From Candidatus Pacearchaeota archaeon (GTDB lineage Archaea > Nanobdellota > Nanobdellia > Pacearchaeales > GW2011-AR1): a stretch of 33,967 nucleotides of DNA. Below, piece after piece: positions 9,684 through 19,167 of this stretch. The notes beneath the pieces were generated by a model. The model saw nothing but the letters and a program-made list of their open reading frames with translations. It did no database searches and was not told the DNA's origin. The DNA lies in assembly GCA_017609045.1 (NCBI GenBank), contig JAFCES010000001.1, positions 1-33,967 of the forward strand. Reading direction: 5' to 3'. Position 1 is the first letter of the stretch. Each line of letters starts with the position of its first letter. A program made the position numbers and the translations under genes.

Positions 9684-11072
9684 TTAACCCACCACTTTTT
9701 TCAGTACAGGATGCATATCTACTGCATGTTGTTGAACTATACTGTTATAAAGCTGATAGGTAATCATTACAGCTAGAAGTATAGCTGTCCCTGAAGTTAA
9801 AGCTCCAAGTAAATTAGCAGAAGCAGCAAGTAAGCCAATAGCAGCTCCTCCCATTACAGTGAGAGGCATAATATACCTTCCCAACACAGATTCCAAAACT
9901 CGTTCATCTTTTCTAAACCCTGGGATTTGTAAACCAGAAGACATAAGATTCTGAGCCTGACTTTGAGCATCCATTCCACTAGTTTTTACCCAAAAAACAG
10001 CAAAGATAGTAGAAAAAATAACATAAAATAAAATATGAGTTATAGCCTTAAAAATAAAAACTGTCCTAAGACTTCCTGTAATTACAGCCTCCAGAAGATT
10101 AACAGGGGAGATCCAAAAAGCAAGTCCAGCTACTGGTGTTCCCTGTGAGAAAGTTCCTAAAAAAGTCGCTCTTCCAATCCAATTTTCAACTAAACCAGCA
10201 AACAACTGCAAGTTAGCAGCAAGCGCAGCAGTTAAAATAACAGGAATCACAGAAGCATAGAAAAAAGCAAGAGGCCATCTCATACTATATCCTCTTAACC
10301 TATCAAAACTTAACGGGACTTCTACTTTCAAAGACTGAGCCCATACCACAACAAGAAAAATAAAAACAGTAACAGCAAGTACCGAGAAAGCAGAGAAAGC
10401 TCCTGTTGGATCTTGTTTTATAAGACTCTGCATTAAAACAAGCACTTTACCAGCGCAGGCAGTTCCGTAAAAATCAAGCAAGCAGTTTCCTCCCTCTAAA
10501 CTTATAAACTGAAACATTCCAGTAAATAAACGCCAGCCAACTCCGGCCAGAATAAATAAGCTTACACCAGAACCAAAACCCCACTTACTTGTTACTTCGT
10601 CCATGAAAACTATAGCTAACCCGCCCAAGCATAACTGGAAAACTACGAGAGGAGCAAAACCAGGCATTGCTTCAAGACCTCTCATTAAAACATAAACAAG
10701 AGCCTCGAATATAATAAAGGAAAAAACCATAAGCTTCTGTAAACCTTGAAAATACTTCTTTCCCTCCTCTGTTGAGGTATCTATATCTAAAATCTTACTT
10801 CCAACAAGAAGCTGAAGTATAATAGATGCCATAACGATTGGACCAATCCCTAAAGATATAATACTGCCAAACTCTGTTCCAAGTATAATAGCAAGATATT
10901 CAAATCTTGAAAGGGCATTGGCAGCTAAACCATATAAAGGAATATTAGCAAGAACAAAAAAAGCAACCAACACAATTAAAGTCCATTTTAGTTTAACATT
11001 AAAGCCAAGCCTTTTCTCTACAGGGCCTTTAACTTCAGGCAGGTTTCTAAGTATATTTCTGAACTCCACCAT
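9684..11072 (-). CDS. secY: Preprotein translocase subunit SecY
   Basis: LGIGPIVMASIILQLLVG, KWGFGSGVSLFI, QIPGFR, GTAILLAV. Confidence 0.97.
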   Translation of the reverse strand: MVEFRNILRNLPEVKGPVEKRLGFNVKLKWTLIVLVAFFVLANIPLYGLAANALSRFEYLAIILGTEFGSIISLGIGPIVMASIILQLLVGSKILDIDTSTEEGKKYFQGLQKLMVFSFIIFEALVYVLMRGLEAMPGFAPLVVFQLCLGGLAIVFMDEVTSKWGFGSGVSLFILAGVGWRLFTGMFQFISLEGGNCLLDFYGTACAGKVLVLMQSLIKQDPTGAFSAFSVLAVTVFIFLVVVWAQSLKVEVPLSFDRLRGYSMRWPLAFFYASVIPVILTAALAANLQLFAGLVENWIGRATFLGTFSQGTPVAGLAFWISPVNLLEAVITGSLRTVFIFKAITHILFYVIFSTIFAVFWVKTSGMDAQSQAQNLMSSGLQIPGFRKDERVLESVLGRYIMPLTVMGGAAIGLLAASANLLGALTSGTAILLAVMITYQLYNSIVQQHAVDMHPVLKKVVG

Positions 11073-11074
11073 TT

Positions 11075-11635
11075 TTATTCAGTTTTTTTCTTTTCCAATA
11101 ATTTTTTCTCTTTTTCTAGATCTTCTCTCATATCCTCTTTTTCTTCAACCTCTTTAATTTCTTCAGTTTTCTTTTCCTTAATATCTTTCTTTTTCTCGCT
11201 CTTCTTTTCTTCTTCTCCCCTTTTTCTAACTTTTAAAACTATAATCTTCCCGCCAGCTTTTTCTATCTTCTCTCTTGCTTGTTTTGAAAATCCTCTTGCC
11301 TTGATAATAAAGCAGTCTTTAATTTCACCCTCTCCCAAAACTTTATATTCAGATAGATCAATCTCTCCCGGTTTATATTTTTTTTGAATATCTCCTATAT
11401 TAATCTGCTTACTTCCCTTCTTTTTCCTTTGCTTTTTTTCCTTTATTCTTGCTTTTTTTCCAAAATAAGGCCACCTATACCTTAATACATAGGTTTTTTT
11501 CTGATCTGCTCTTTTTCCGCTTCCACTCATCCCTTTTCCACCACTCGTACCCTTTCCCTTATGTTTCTTAGCTGACTTTCCATGATATCTGCTTCCCCTC
11601 AACTTTCTGCTTCTCCTTCCTTTTTTTAGTTTCAT
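11075..11635 (-). CDS. rpl15: 50S ribosomal protein uL15
   Basis: RGSRYHG, GGKGMSG, YFGKK, KVLGEG, EKIEKAGG; Lys/Glu-rich C-terminal tail. Confidence 0.95.
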   Translation of the reverse strand: MKLKKGRRSRKLRGSRYHGKSAKKHKGKGTSGGKGMSGSGKRADQKKTYVLRYRWPYFGKKARIKEKKQRKKKGSKQINIGDIQKKYKPGEIDLSEYKVLGEGEIKDCFIIKARGFSKQAREKIEKAGGKIIVLKVRKRGEEEKKSEKKKDIKEKKTEEIKEVEEKEDMREDLEKEKKLLEKKKTE

Positions 11636-11638
11636 TTT

Positions 11639-12067
11639 TTATAACATCCTCCTAATAAGCTCGTTTGTCTTTTCTTTATTATTTCCTAACACGCCTTTTG
11701 GATAATGTTTCTTGCTGTTAATGCCCCCTCTCGGAGGATGCAATCTGAAAAAAGGCTTAACTCCTAATTCACTCAGTTTTTTCTCTGTCTTTCCCTCTAT
11801 AAACTCTTTAACAATACCCTCGGCATCTACTTTTTTCTTATCTTTATCTAAAGGTTGCCCTCTCTTCTCTATCAACTCTACAAAGGTTTTCTTGTCGAGT
11901 TTACCGTAAGCCACATAGTTTCTGATTTTTTTTAAAATCCCTTTTAATTCAGGCTTTTCCCTCGCAACAACACAAGCATACTTTCTTCTGAGTCTAAGAC
12001 GGTTTAAAGTTTCCTCTACATCTTTAGGAACATCAACCATTCCACTTATCCTTATTATAGCTATCAT
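11639..12067 (-). CDS. rpl30: 50S ribosomal protein uL30
   Basis: TLNRLRLRRKY, FFRLHPPRGG; operon position. Confidence 0.95.
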   Translation of the reverse strand: MIAIIRISGMVDVPKDVEETLNRLRLRRKYACVVAREKPELKGILKKIRNYVAYGKLDKKTFVELIEKRGQPLDKDKKKVDAEGIVKEFIEGKTEKKLSELGVKPFFRLHPPRGGINSKKHYPKGVLGNNKEKTNELIRRML

Positions 12068-12075
12068 TTTTCCTT

Positions 12076-12819
12076 TTATCTTTCAATTTTGTTGGTCTTT
12101 TTCAGGGCATCTATGCAAGCTTTGGCTAAATTTATTGTAGTTCTTGTCTGGCCAAAAGTCTTACTGTAGACATCTTTTATTCCAGTTAATCTTAGAATCT
12201 TTTTACATTCATCTCCTATTACTAAGCCAGTACCTTGAGGAGCAGGCATTAATATTATTCTTGAACTTCCAGATTTTCCTTCTACCTTAAGAGGTACAGA
12301 ATGGAGCTCATTACAGGAACAATCAAAGCTTCCGCATCCTCTGTTCACCTTTATAATGTTGAGTTTAGCTTTCCTTAACGCCTTTTCTTTTGCAGGTAAA
12401 GTCTCTTTTGCTTTTCCTAAACCTATACCAACATGTCCAGCTTCATCACCAACAACAGCCATGCAAGCAAAAGTAGGAACATTACCTTCAGCTGTCTTTT
12501 TTTGAGTCTGTCTCCATATTCTCCTTTTTCCCCCGCCAAACTTCCCTTTGCTCTGACCTATATTTAAAAGTTCTGACTTCAGCTTGACAAGCGAATCAAT
12601 TATTTCAGCCTCTAAAATTCTATGTTTATCTATAATCTCATCTATATTTTTAATCTTGCCTTCTTTGACTAGCTTTCCGATTTTAGTTTTTGGCTTCCAT
12701 GATTTCAGCTTCTCCTTTGCTTCCTCTTCTTCCCTACTTACCTCAACCTTCGGCTTTTCCTCTTCTACTGGTTCTTTTATGTCCTGTTCTGGTTCTTTTT
12801 CTTCAGCTTTTTTTGCCAT
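12076..12819 (-). CDS. rps5: 30S ribosomal protein uS5
   Basis: WKPKTKIGKLV, VVGDEAGHVGIG, PAPQGTGLV, FGQTRTT. Confidence 0.96.
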   Translation of the reverse strand: MAKKAEEKEPEQDIKEPVEEEKPKVEVSREEEEAKEKLKSWKPKTKIGKLVKEGKIKNIDEIIDKHRILEAEIIDSLVKLKSELLNIGQSKGKFGGGKRRIWRQTQKKTAEGNVPTFACMAVVGDEAGHVGIGLGKAKETLPAKEKALRKAKLNIIKVNRGCGSFDCSCNELHSVPLKVEGKSGSSRIILMPAPQGTGLVIGDECKKILRLTGIKDVYSKTFGQTRTTINLAKACIDALKKTNKIER

Positions 12820-12820
12820 T

Positions 12821-13321
12821 TCATATAAATTTTTTCTCTATGTTCTCTTTAATTTTATTGAAAATTTCTCTTAAATTTTTCTTTAAATGTTCTCCTTTCA
12901 ATCTTTCTTCATCAGGAAATATTTCTTTCTTTCCCCCTATTTTTACTTCTGCATCAATAACTCCTTTCAAAAAAGCATATTCTCTTGATTTCTTGATACC
13001 TCTCAACAAACCAATATCAAATATAGCCTCGACTTTTTCTTCTTTGTCTAAAATTTTTTTCCCCAATAAAAAGCCAGTAAGATAACAGGCAGACAAACTC
13101 TTTAAACTTCCCTTTAAATTTTCAGGCCACCCATATTTTAAAAGCTCTTTGGAATTTAATCCAATAATTACTTTATCTCTCCCCTCTGTACTTTTTACAT
13201 ACTGTCCTATAACATATCTATTTGTTTTCCTAAATACAACTCTTGCTTTCCCACTCCTAAGTAAGGCTATTCTCGCCTTATAATCTGTTTTTCCTTCTCT
13301 TCTTCTCTTTCTTGGTCTCAT
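12821..13321 (-). CDS. rpl18: 50S ribosomal protein uL18
   Basis: RRREGKTDYKAR, ACYLTGFLLG, FDIGL. Confidence 0.96.
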   Translation of the reverse strand: MRPRKRRREGKTDYKARIALLRSGKARVVFRKTNRYVIGQYVKSTEGRDKVIIGLNSKELLKYGWPENLKGSLKSLSACYLTGFLLGKKILDKEEKVEAIFDIGLLRGIKKSREYAFLKGVIDAEVKIGGKKEIFPDEERLKGEHLKKNLREIFNKIKENIEKKFI

Positions 13322-13716
13322 TTTTCAATAGCCTCCCTTAAATGCGCAAGGTCTGAAAAATCTCTGGCCCTTGTTCTTTTTCTCAGTTTCAAATATTTTT
13401 CTGTTGTTATTTTTCCTTTCACTTTCAAATTTTTAAGATAAACTCTCAACTTTCTCGTCAACTTCACATAGTCCTGCTTTCTTCTTTTTACTTTTTTCTT
13501 TATACTTCCCTGTCCTCTTTTTGTCTTCCTTCTTTTTTTCTTTCTTTTTCCCTTTTTCTCCCTGATTCTAATTATTTTCTCCTTCTTAAGCTCTTTAATA
13601 TCTTGTCTCGTAATTGCTTCTTTAATTTCATCTTGCATATCTCTATCTAAAATAATTCTACCGACTCCTACTTTCAATACCCTCGCAATTAATTTTTTCT
13701 TTCTTTTTAAGTTCAT
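13318..13716 (-). CDS. rpl19e: 50S ribosomal protein eL19
   Basis: ARVLKVGVGRI, AITRQDIKEL, KRGQGS. Confidence 0.93.
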   Translation of the reverse strand: MNLKRKKKLIARVLKVGVGRIILDRDMQDEIKEAITRQDIKELKKEKIIRIREKKGKRKKKRRKTKRGQGSIKKKVKRRKQDYVKLTRKLRVYLKNLKVKGKITTEKYLKLRKRTRARDFSDLAHLREAIEK

Positions 13717-14054
13717 TTTTTCTTTCTTTGTTTAGGTTTGTTTAATATTTTTCCTCCCCTTTCCTCAATTTTTTTAATCAACTCTTCCTTCTTCTTCTTT
13801 CCAACTCTTCCTATAATGATCAACATTCCTTTCTCAACTCTCTCCGCCTGCTCCAAATTTTCCACTCTCCACTCTTTTTTATCTCTTTCCTTTCTTTTTT
13901 TATAACCAATCTCTACACTCTTTGCCCTTCCCTTCTTTCTTTCTCTCATCTTATTATCTCTTCCCTTAGGTTTTCTCCATTTTTGCTTCTTCTTTCTGCT
14001 TCTTCCTAATTTAATATACCTTCTTGTTCCCCTTCTCAAAAATTTTAATCTCAT
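13713..14054 (-). CDS. rpl32e: 50S ribosomal protein eL32
   Basis: WRKPKGRDNKMR, IGY; operon position. Confidence 0.93.
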   Translation of the reverse strand: MRLKFLRRGTRRYIKLGRSRKKKQKWRKPKGRDNKMRERKKGRAKSVEIGYKKRKERDKKEWRVENLEQAERVEKGMLIIIGRVGKKKKEELIKKIEERGGKILNKPKQRKKK

Positions 14055-14599
14055 TTTACTCTTCTCCTCCGCCCTTTTTCCTTTTCTATTATGTAGATTC
14101 CATCTTGGAAAATTCTTCTATCTCTCTTTTTTATCTTAGTTGCTCTTTCAATATTAGCGGCAGTCTGTCCTGCTTTTTCCTTGTCAGAACTCTTAACTAT
14201 TATAATATCTCCTTCTATTTTCACATCAACTCCAGGTAAAATCTTAGCTTTTCTTTCCTTTGTCTCTCCTAAAAAGTTCTTAATCACAAGAGATTTTTCA
14301 GAAACACTTACAGACATAGGAAAATGCACCGAACATATTTGAAGTTTATATACATATTTCTCCTCAAGCCCAGAAATCATGTTTCTTATATGAGCGGCAA
14401 TTGTCCTTGCCATCTTCCTATCTTTTTTGCTTCCTTTTTCTATCCCTATAATTAACTTATTATCTTCTTTTCTCACTGCATAATCTAATTTCCTTTTTAC
14501 TTCATCATCCCCCTTACTCATCTTCACGATGTTCCCTTCTATTTCTATTTTAATATCCTGAGGCATTTCAATTATTTCCCTAATTTTTTGTTTTACCAT
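14051..14599 (-). CDS. rpl6: 50S ribosomal protein uL6
   Basis: HFPMSV, KNFLGE, AGQTAANIE, DRRIFQDGIYI. Confidence 0.96.
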   Translation of the reverse strand: MVKQKIREIIEMPQDIKIEIEGNIVKMSKGDDEVKRKLDYAVRKEDNKLIIGIEKGSKKDRKMARTIAAHIRNMISGLEEKYVYKLQICSVHFPMSVSVSEKSLVIKNFLGETKERKAKILPGVDVKIEGDIIIVKSSDKEKAGQTAANIERATKIKKRDRRIFQDGIYIIEKEKGRRRRVK

Positions 14600-14604
14600 T
14601 TTCC

Positions 14605-14982
14605 CTAATAAAAATAGGCTATCAAACTTCCCCCTATGTTTTTTTCATACGCTTCTTCCTGAGCGAGTAGGCCAGCAGAAGTAGAAATAATTACAATACC
14701 GAATTCTCTAGCTGGTAGAAATCTTCTTACATATTTCTCTAACTCAGAAACAGATACATTAAATCTTGGCTTTATTGCCTGACACCGATTCAATTTGATA
14801 ATTTTAATCCTCAGCTTCTTGTTTTTCTCATCCAGTTTGTAATCAAGATAACCATGCTTCTTAGCTACATCTAAAACTTCAATTAAAAATTTTGAATATC
14901 TTTCTATTTCCAACTCAGACTTTCCAGCTCTCTTTATATTCATTATCTGGTTTATCGCATCAGCAACTATATCTTGACTCAT
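14605..14982 (-). CDS. rps8: 30S ribosomal protein uS8
   Basis: AIKPRFNV, RFLPAREFGIVIISTS, IGGSLIAYFY. Confidence 0.96.
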   Translation of the reverse strand: MSQDIVADAINQIMNIKRAGKSELEIERYSKFLIEVLDVAKKHGYLDYKLDEKNKKLRIKIIKLNRCQAIKPRFNVSVSELEKYVRRFLPAREFGIVIISTSAGLLAQEEAYEKNIGGSLIAYFY

Positions 14983-14989
14983 TTTAACC

Positions 14990-15220
14990 TCATGAATATT
15001 TTTTAAATCCTATTTTTTCAGCTATCTCTCTGAAACAATGTCTACATAAATTCAAACCATAAGAGGAAATATGAGCTCCAAATCTTCCGCATCTCTCACA
15101 CTTCTTGCTCACTACACCTATCTTCCTCTCTTTCGGTTTGTTATGTTTTAAAAATTTTTTTAGTTTGGCCGGCTTATTTTTCAACTGTTTCAATACTTTT
15201 CTCCAATCACTTACTGTCAT
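14990..15220 (-). CDS. rps14: 30S ribosomal protein uS14 (zinc-binding type, N-terminally extended)
   Basis: CERCGR...[12 protein letters not shown]...GFKKY. Confidence 0.95.
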   Translation of the reverse strand: MTVSDWRKVLKQLKNKPAKLKKFLKHNKPKERKIGVVSKKCERCGRFGAHISSYGLNLCRHCFREIAEKIGFKKYS

Positions 15221-15222
15221 AT

Positions 15223-15774
15223 TTAAATTACCTCCATATCAAATTTATCTTTCATGTAGTGAATTATTTCCTCTTTACTTACCTTTTGCTTTCTTGGTAA
15301 ATTGCCCCTTTTTATTTTTTTCTCTGCAACTCTTTTCCCTGCTCTTGAAAAAATAACACTTACATCAAATCCTCTAATCCCAATATCTCTTTGATACTGA
15401 ATACCGGGAATTTCTATATATTCTTTAATCCCAAAAGAAAATGAGTTATCTGAAATCTGTTTTTCTTTAAGTCTATTATCTACAGTTGCAAGCAGCTTGC
15501 CTAAAATTTCCTCTGCCTCTTTCCCTCTTAAAGTGACCAGGCAGCCAATTTCTAGGCCAGGTCTTACCCCTAAAGAAGGAATTCTTTTTCTCGACTTTCT
15601 TCTTACAGTCTTTCTTCCAGTTAGTCTCTCTAATAATTTTACACCCTTTTCTAATTCTTCTCCGCTTCCTCCAATACTTAAGACAACTTTTTCTATTCTT
15701 ATCTCTCTCATTTTATTTTCTTTCATTTTTCTTTCATCTCCAATCTCCTTTATCTCTTCTGTTTCTTGACTCAT
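15223..15774 (-). CDS. rpl5: 50S ribosomal protein uL5
   Basis: [38 protein letters not shown]. Confidence 0.96.
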   Translation of the reverse strand: MSQETEEIKEIGDERKMKENKMREIRIEKVVLSIGGSGEELEKGVKLLERLTGRKTVRRKSRKRIPSLGVRPGLEIGCLVTLRGKEAEEILGKLLATVDNRLKEKQISDNSFSFGIKEYIEIPGIQYQRDIGIRGFDVSVIFSRAGKRVAEKKIKRGNLPRKQKVSKEEIIHYMKDKFDMEVI

Positions 15775-16412
15775 TTTATAACCATTAAGCTTCTCAGTCT
15801 GGAATTTAATTTTTCTTCCCCTACTTTTAAAGTTATGATTTTGCTTTTTTCATCTATCTCTTCTATAATTCCCTCCTCTCCAATATGTTTTCCAGCTATA
15901 AACAAAATTCTACATTTTTCTTTGAAAGGTAAAATTTCCATAATTTTATTCTGTTTCAAGTCAATCACAACAGAGTCTCCAACCTTTACTTTCTCTTTCC
16001 CTATAAGGTAATTTCTGCCATCAGCCAAATTTATTTGTATTTTTCCTCTCTTCAAGATTTTCTTACCTACTATCTTACTTATTTTTTTATTAGCGTCTTC
16101 CTCTTTAATTTCAACAATATCAAACTTTTTATTTTTCAAAACTAACTTAAAATTTTTATTGTCTAAAGATAGATTATCAAACAAAATTAGAGGATATTTT
16201 TCCTCTCTTACAGTCTTGCCATTAACCTTTATCTTTCCAAAATTCAAAATTTTTTTAACTTCTTTTTTATTCTTGGCTATTTTTATTATATCTTTTAGGA
16301 CTATTAATAATGGAATTGCCTTCTTTAAACTATGAGAAGGCCTAACTAAGTATTTTGTTCCTTTCTTGGCAAGAGGCCATGTTTTTGGTTTTTTACTTCT
16401 TTTAAGATGCAT
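15771..16412 (-). CDS. rps4e: 30S ribosomal protein eS4
   Basis: MHLKRSKKPKTWP, IKVNGK, QINLADGRN, GKHIG. Confidence 0.93.
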   Translation of the reverse strand: MHLKRSKKPKTWPLAKKGTKYLVRPSHSLKKAIPLLIVLKDIIKIAKNKKEVKKILNFGKIKVNGKTVREEKYPLILFDNLSLDNKNFKLVLKNKKFDIVEIKEEDANKKISKIVGKKILKRGKIQINLADGRNYLIGKEKVKVGDSVVIDLKQNKIMEILPFKEKCRILFIAGKHIGEEGIIEEIDEKSKIITLKVGEEKLNSRLRSLMVIK

Positions 16413-16839
16413 TTTTCTTTACCTTCTTTTCCTTCTCTTCTTCTTTCTTTTTAAGTTCATTTTTTCTTTTCAGAACCTTCTCCCTTTCTTTATCTTCTAA
16501 ATTCAACTCCTGAATCTGTAGATTTGAGGGTTTGAAATAAACATTAACCTTTGTTCCGTCTTTTTTCTGTATCTGCAGATTTTCTATACTCACCCGCAGC
16601 TTTTTTAGATCTACCGCGCTTATTTTTCCCGTCTTTTTCCTGAATTTACCTCTCATTACTTTAACTACATCACCTTTCCTCAAAGGAAAACTTCTTCTTC
16701 CATACTTCTTCCTTAGCTCTTTACTCAAAGTAGATGAGAGGAGTTTATGCCTTAAATGTAAGGGAGCATTAGCTCTATACTTCCTTTGTTTTCTTCTCTG
16801 CTTACTTGCTTTCCATTTCTTGCTAAATTTTTTCTTCAT
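16402..16839 (-). CDS. rpl24: 50S ribosomal protein uL24
   Basis: RKQRKYRANAPLH, RKGDVVKVMRGKF. Confidence 0.96.
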   Translation of the reverse strand: MKKKFSKKWKASKQRRKQRKYRANAPLHLRHKLLSSTLSKELRKKYGRRSFPLRKGDVVKVMRGKFRKKTGKISAVDLKKLRVSIENLQIQKKDGTKVNVYFKPSNLQIQELNLEDKEREKVLKRKNELKKKEEEKEKKVKKNAS

Positions 16840-16846
16840 TTCAACA

Positions 16847-17248
16847 TTAAACTACAATATTGGCTATTCTAGCAACTTCCCTCCATCTTTCTCCTACTTC
16901 TCGAGCAATAGGACCTTTAATTTGTGTGCCTTTTGGATTTCCTTTTTCATCTTTCAGCAGAACAACAGCGTTATCTGTAAAAGCTATCCTCTCTCCTGTT
17001 AATCTTCTATATGGTTTTTTAACTCTAACAACAACAGCGTCAAAAACCTGCCCTTTCATATCCGGCTTTCCTGATCTGACTGAAACTTTAACCCAGTCAG
17101 CTATCTTAGCAGAGACCTGTCTTCTTTTCCTGCTTCCAGCTTTTTTAACGGCTACAATTTTTACTATCCTTGCTCCAGAATTATCTGCTGCTATCACCTT
17201 ACTTCCTATGTTAAGAGCTCTAGTTGTTCTTGCCGATATTGCTTTCAT
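16847..17248 (-). CDS. rpl14: 50S ribosomal protein uL14
   Basis: ADNSGAR, FTDNAVV, PKGTQIKGPIAREV. Confidence 0.97.
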   Translation of the reverse strand: MKAISARTTRALNIGSKVIAADNSGARIVKIVAVKKAGSRKRRQVSAKIADWVKVSVRSGKPDMKGQVFDAVVVRVKKPYRRLTGERIAFTDNAVVLLKDEKGNPKGTQIKGPIAREVGERWREVARIANIVV

Positions 17249-17625
17249 TTTAAATCCTGATAAATTAATTTATTTGAAGGAATTTTATTTTGTTTAAGAG
17301 CTTCAATTGGAAACCATCCAACACCAGCTATATTGTCTTCTTCTGGTATTTGTGGGGTTCCTCTTATTATTCTCGCTTTATAAACATGAAGTCTAAACTT
17401 CCTTTCTTTAAACTCAAAATTATAAGTATTAAAACCTCCTTCAATTTCTACATCTACTCCTGTCTCTTCTCTAGTTTCTCTTACTGCAGTTTCCTCTAAG
17501 CTCTCACCCACTTCAACTTTCCCAGAAGGTATTTTCCAATACCAATCTTTTGCTTCTCTAACTAACAAAACTTTTCTGTTTTCAACTATCAAACATCCAG
17601 CTAATTGTTCTAATTTCTTTTTCAT
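17245..17625 (-). CDS. Nudix hydrolase
   Basis: Intact Nudix box GKVEVGESLEETAVRETREETGV; ATGA overlaps with uS17 and uL14. Confidence 0.92.
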   Translation of the reverse strand: MKKKLEQLAGCLIVENRKVLLVREAKDWYWKIPSGKVEVGESLEETAVRETREETGVDVEIEGGFNTYNFEFKERKFRLHVYKARIIRGTPQIPEEDNIAGVGWFPIEALKQNKIPSNKLIYQDLK

Positions 17626-17990
17626 CTTCCTCCCGCCTCCTTAACTTTCCTTAATAAAACATGGTGGATTAATTTGCTTAAAGGTCTACACTCTCCTATT
17701 AAGACATAATCTCCCACCTTAACTTTCTCCTTCATACAAGCAGGAAGTCTTGCATGTAGTCTTGTTTTTTTCTTGGCATATCTCTCATATTTTCTAATTC
17801 TAATTATTCTTTCAAACTCTATCACTATTCTCCTCGGAAATTTCCTGATTATGTAACCTTTAAAAGTTCTCCCTCTCACTTCCAATCTGCCGTGAATAGG
17901 GCAGGTAACATCATCACAACTATCCCCATCTTTACTTCTCTCTGTTTTCGTTTTTACAACTTTCTCTTCGTTTTTCTTTTCTTTTACCAT
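17622..17990 (-). CDS. rps17: 30S ribosomal protein uS17
   Basis: CDDVTCPIHG, KYERY, GECRPLSK. Confidence 0.96.
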   Translation of the reverse strand: MVKEKKNEEKVVKTKTERSKDGDSCDDVTCPIHGRLEVRGRTFKGYIIRKFPRRIVIEFERIIRIRKYERYAKKKTRLHARLPACMKEKVKVGDYVLIGECRPLSKLIHHVLLRKVKEAGGR

Positions 17991-18008
17991 TTTATTTTTC
18001 TTCCAAAC

Positions 18009-18308
18009 TTATTCAGATATTTGTTCTTCTTTAAATCCAAGCTTTACTAATACTTCCTTTATTCTTTTTCTATGATCCCCTTGCAATTCTATGCTATTCT
18101 TTTTTACAGTCCCCCCGCAAGCCAACTCATTTTTTAGCTTTTTGGCTGTTTCCCTCAGGTTAACTTCTTTCCCTAAACCTAAAATCACTGTTATCATCTT
18201 TCCAAATCTTCTCTTCTCTACTTTTATACTTATTCTCTGTTCACTTTTTGCGATTTCTTCACAAATACATGCCTGTTTTGGAAGGCCACATTTTGGACAT
18301 ATATCCAT
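18009..18308 (-). CDS. Translation initiation factor SUI1 (aIF1)
   Basis: CPKCGLP...[27 protein letters not shown]. Confidence 0.95.
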   Translation of the reverse strand: MDICPKCGLPKQACICEEIAKSEQRISIKVEKRRFGKMITVILGLGKEVNLRETAKKLKNELACGGTVKKNSIELQGDHRKRIKEVLVKLGFKEEQISE

Positions 18309-18310
18309 TT

Positions 18311-18484
18311 TTATGTTTTTTGTTTGAGCATCAATAATCTGGCTATGGCTTTTTTAATTTCTTTGGTTTTTAATTTACTCTCCCTTCCAGTCTTACTTTT
18401 CATCAACTCTAACTTTAAGTCTTTAATTTTCTCTTCTTTTTCCTTCTCACTTAGGTTTTTAATATCCTTCATTTTTATTCCCAT
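18311..18484 (-). CDS. rpl29: 50S ribosomal protein uL29 (57 aa)
   Basis: Manual translation [57 protein letters not shown]; canonical slot between uS3 and SUI1; not in the ORF track. Confidence 0.88.
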   Translation of the reverse strand: MGIKMKDIKNLSEKEKEEKIKDLKLELMKSKTGRESKLKTKEIKKAIARLLMLKQKT

Positions 18485-18485
18485 T

Positions 18486-19166
18486 TTATTTTTCCCCCTC
18501 TTTTTTCTTTTTTACTTCTTTCTTAGCCTTCTTTTCCTCTCCTACTTTTTTTTCTCCCAACTTACTAAATAATTCTGGAGTTAGATTAATTTGATCATGA
18601 ATCTTTACATCAGGTGGCAGGATAGACACTTTAATTCCAATTGTTCCAGATACTGTCTCTGCTTCTGCTTCTGCTCTATTTACTATTTTAGCTGTATCCC
18701 CTACTTTTTTCAGATAACCATAAGCAAATCTCCAACTTCTTGCTCTCTCACTCGGCAACTTTCCACTTAACCTAATTTCTACTCCTAAAGCCCCTGCTTT
18801 TACAACTCTCTCTAACATTCTATAAGATATGACCTTAAATCTGGAGCTGCCAAATCTCTCTAAAGCAGTGGCTAACTCATCTGCCACATATTGGGCATCA
18901 TACTCTGGTTTTTCTATTTCTTTCATCTCTATGTGAGGGTTTTCAAGACTAAATTTTTTCCTTAACACCTCTGTCAATTCGATTACCCTTTCTCCTTTTC
19001 TTCCTATGACATAACCTGGTTTATTAGTTGTGATAGTAATTTTCTCTCCTAAAGGAGTATACTCTATTTTTATAGAGGACATTTTACCTTTACCCAATTC
19101 TTTTTTTATGAACTCCTTTACTCCAAACTCATCTTTCTTTAATTGGACAAATTTTCTCTCCTCCAT
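18486..19166 (-). CDS. rps3: 30S ribosomal protein uS3
   Basis: TPLG, KPGYVIGRKG (KH domain), GALGVEIRLSGKLPSERAR. Start placed at ATG 19166 just after the uL22 stop. Confidence 0.95.
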   Translation of the reverse strand: MEERKFVQLKKDEFGVKEFIKKELGKGKMSSIKIEYTPLGEKITITTNKPGYVIGRKGERVIELTEVLRKKFSLENPHIEMKEIEKPEYDAQYVADELATALERFGSSRFKVISYRMLERVVKAGALGVEIRLSGKLPSERARSWRFAYGYLKKVGDTAKIVNRAEAEAETVSGTIGIKVSILPPDVKIHDQINLTPELFSKLGEKKVGEEKKAKKEVKKKKEGEK

Positions 19167-19167
19167 T

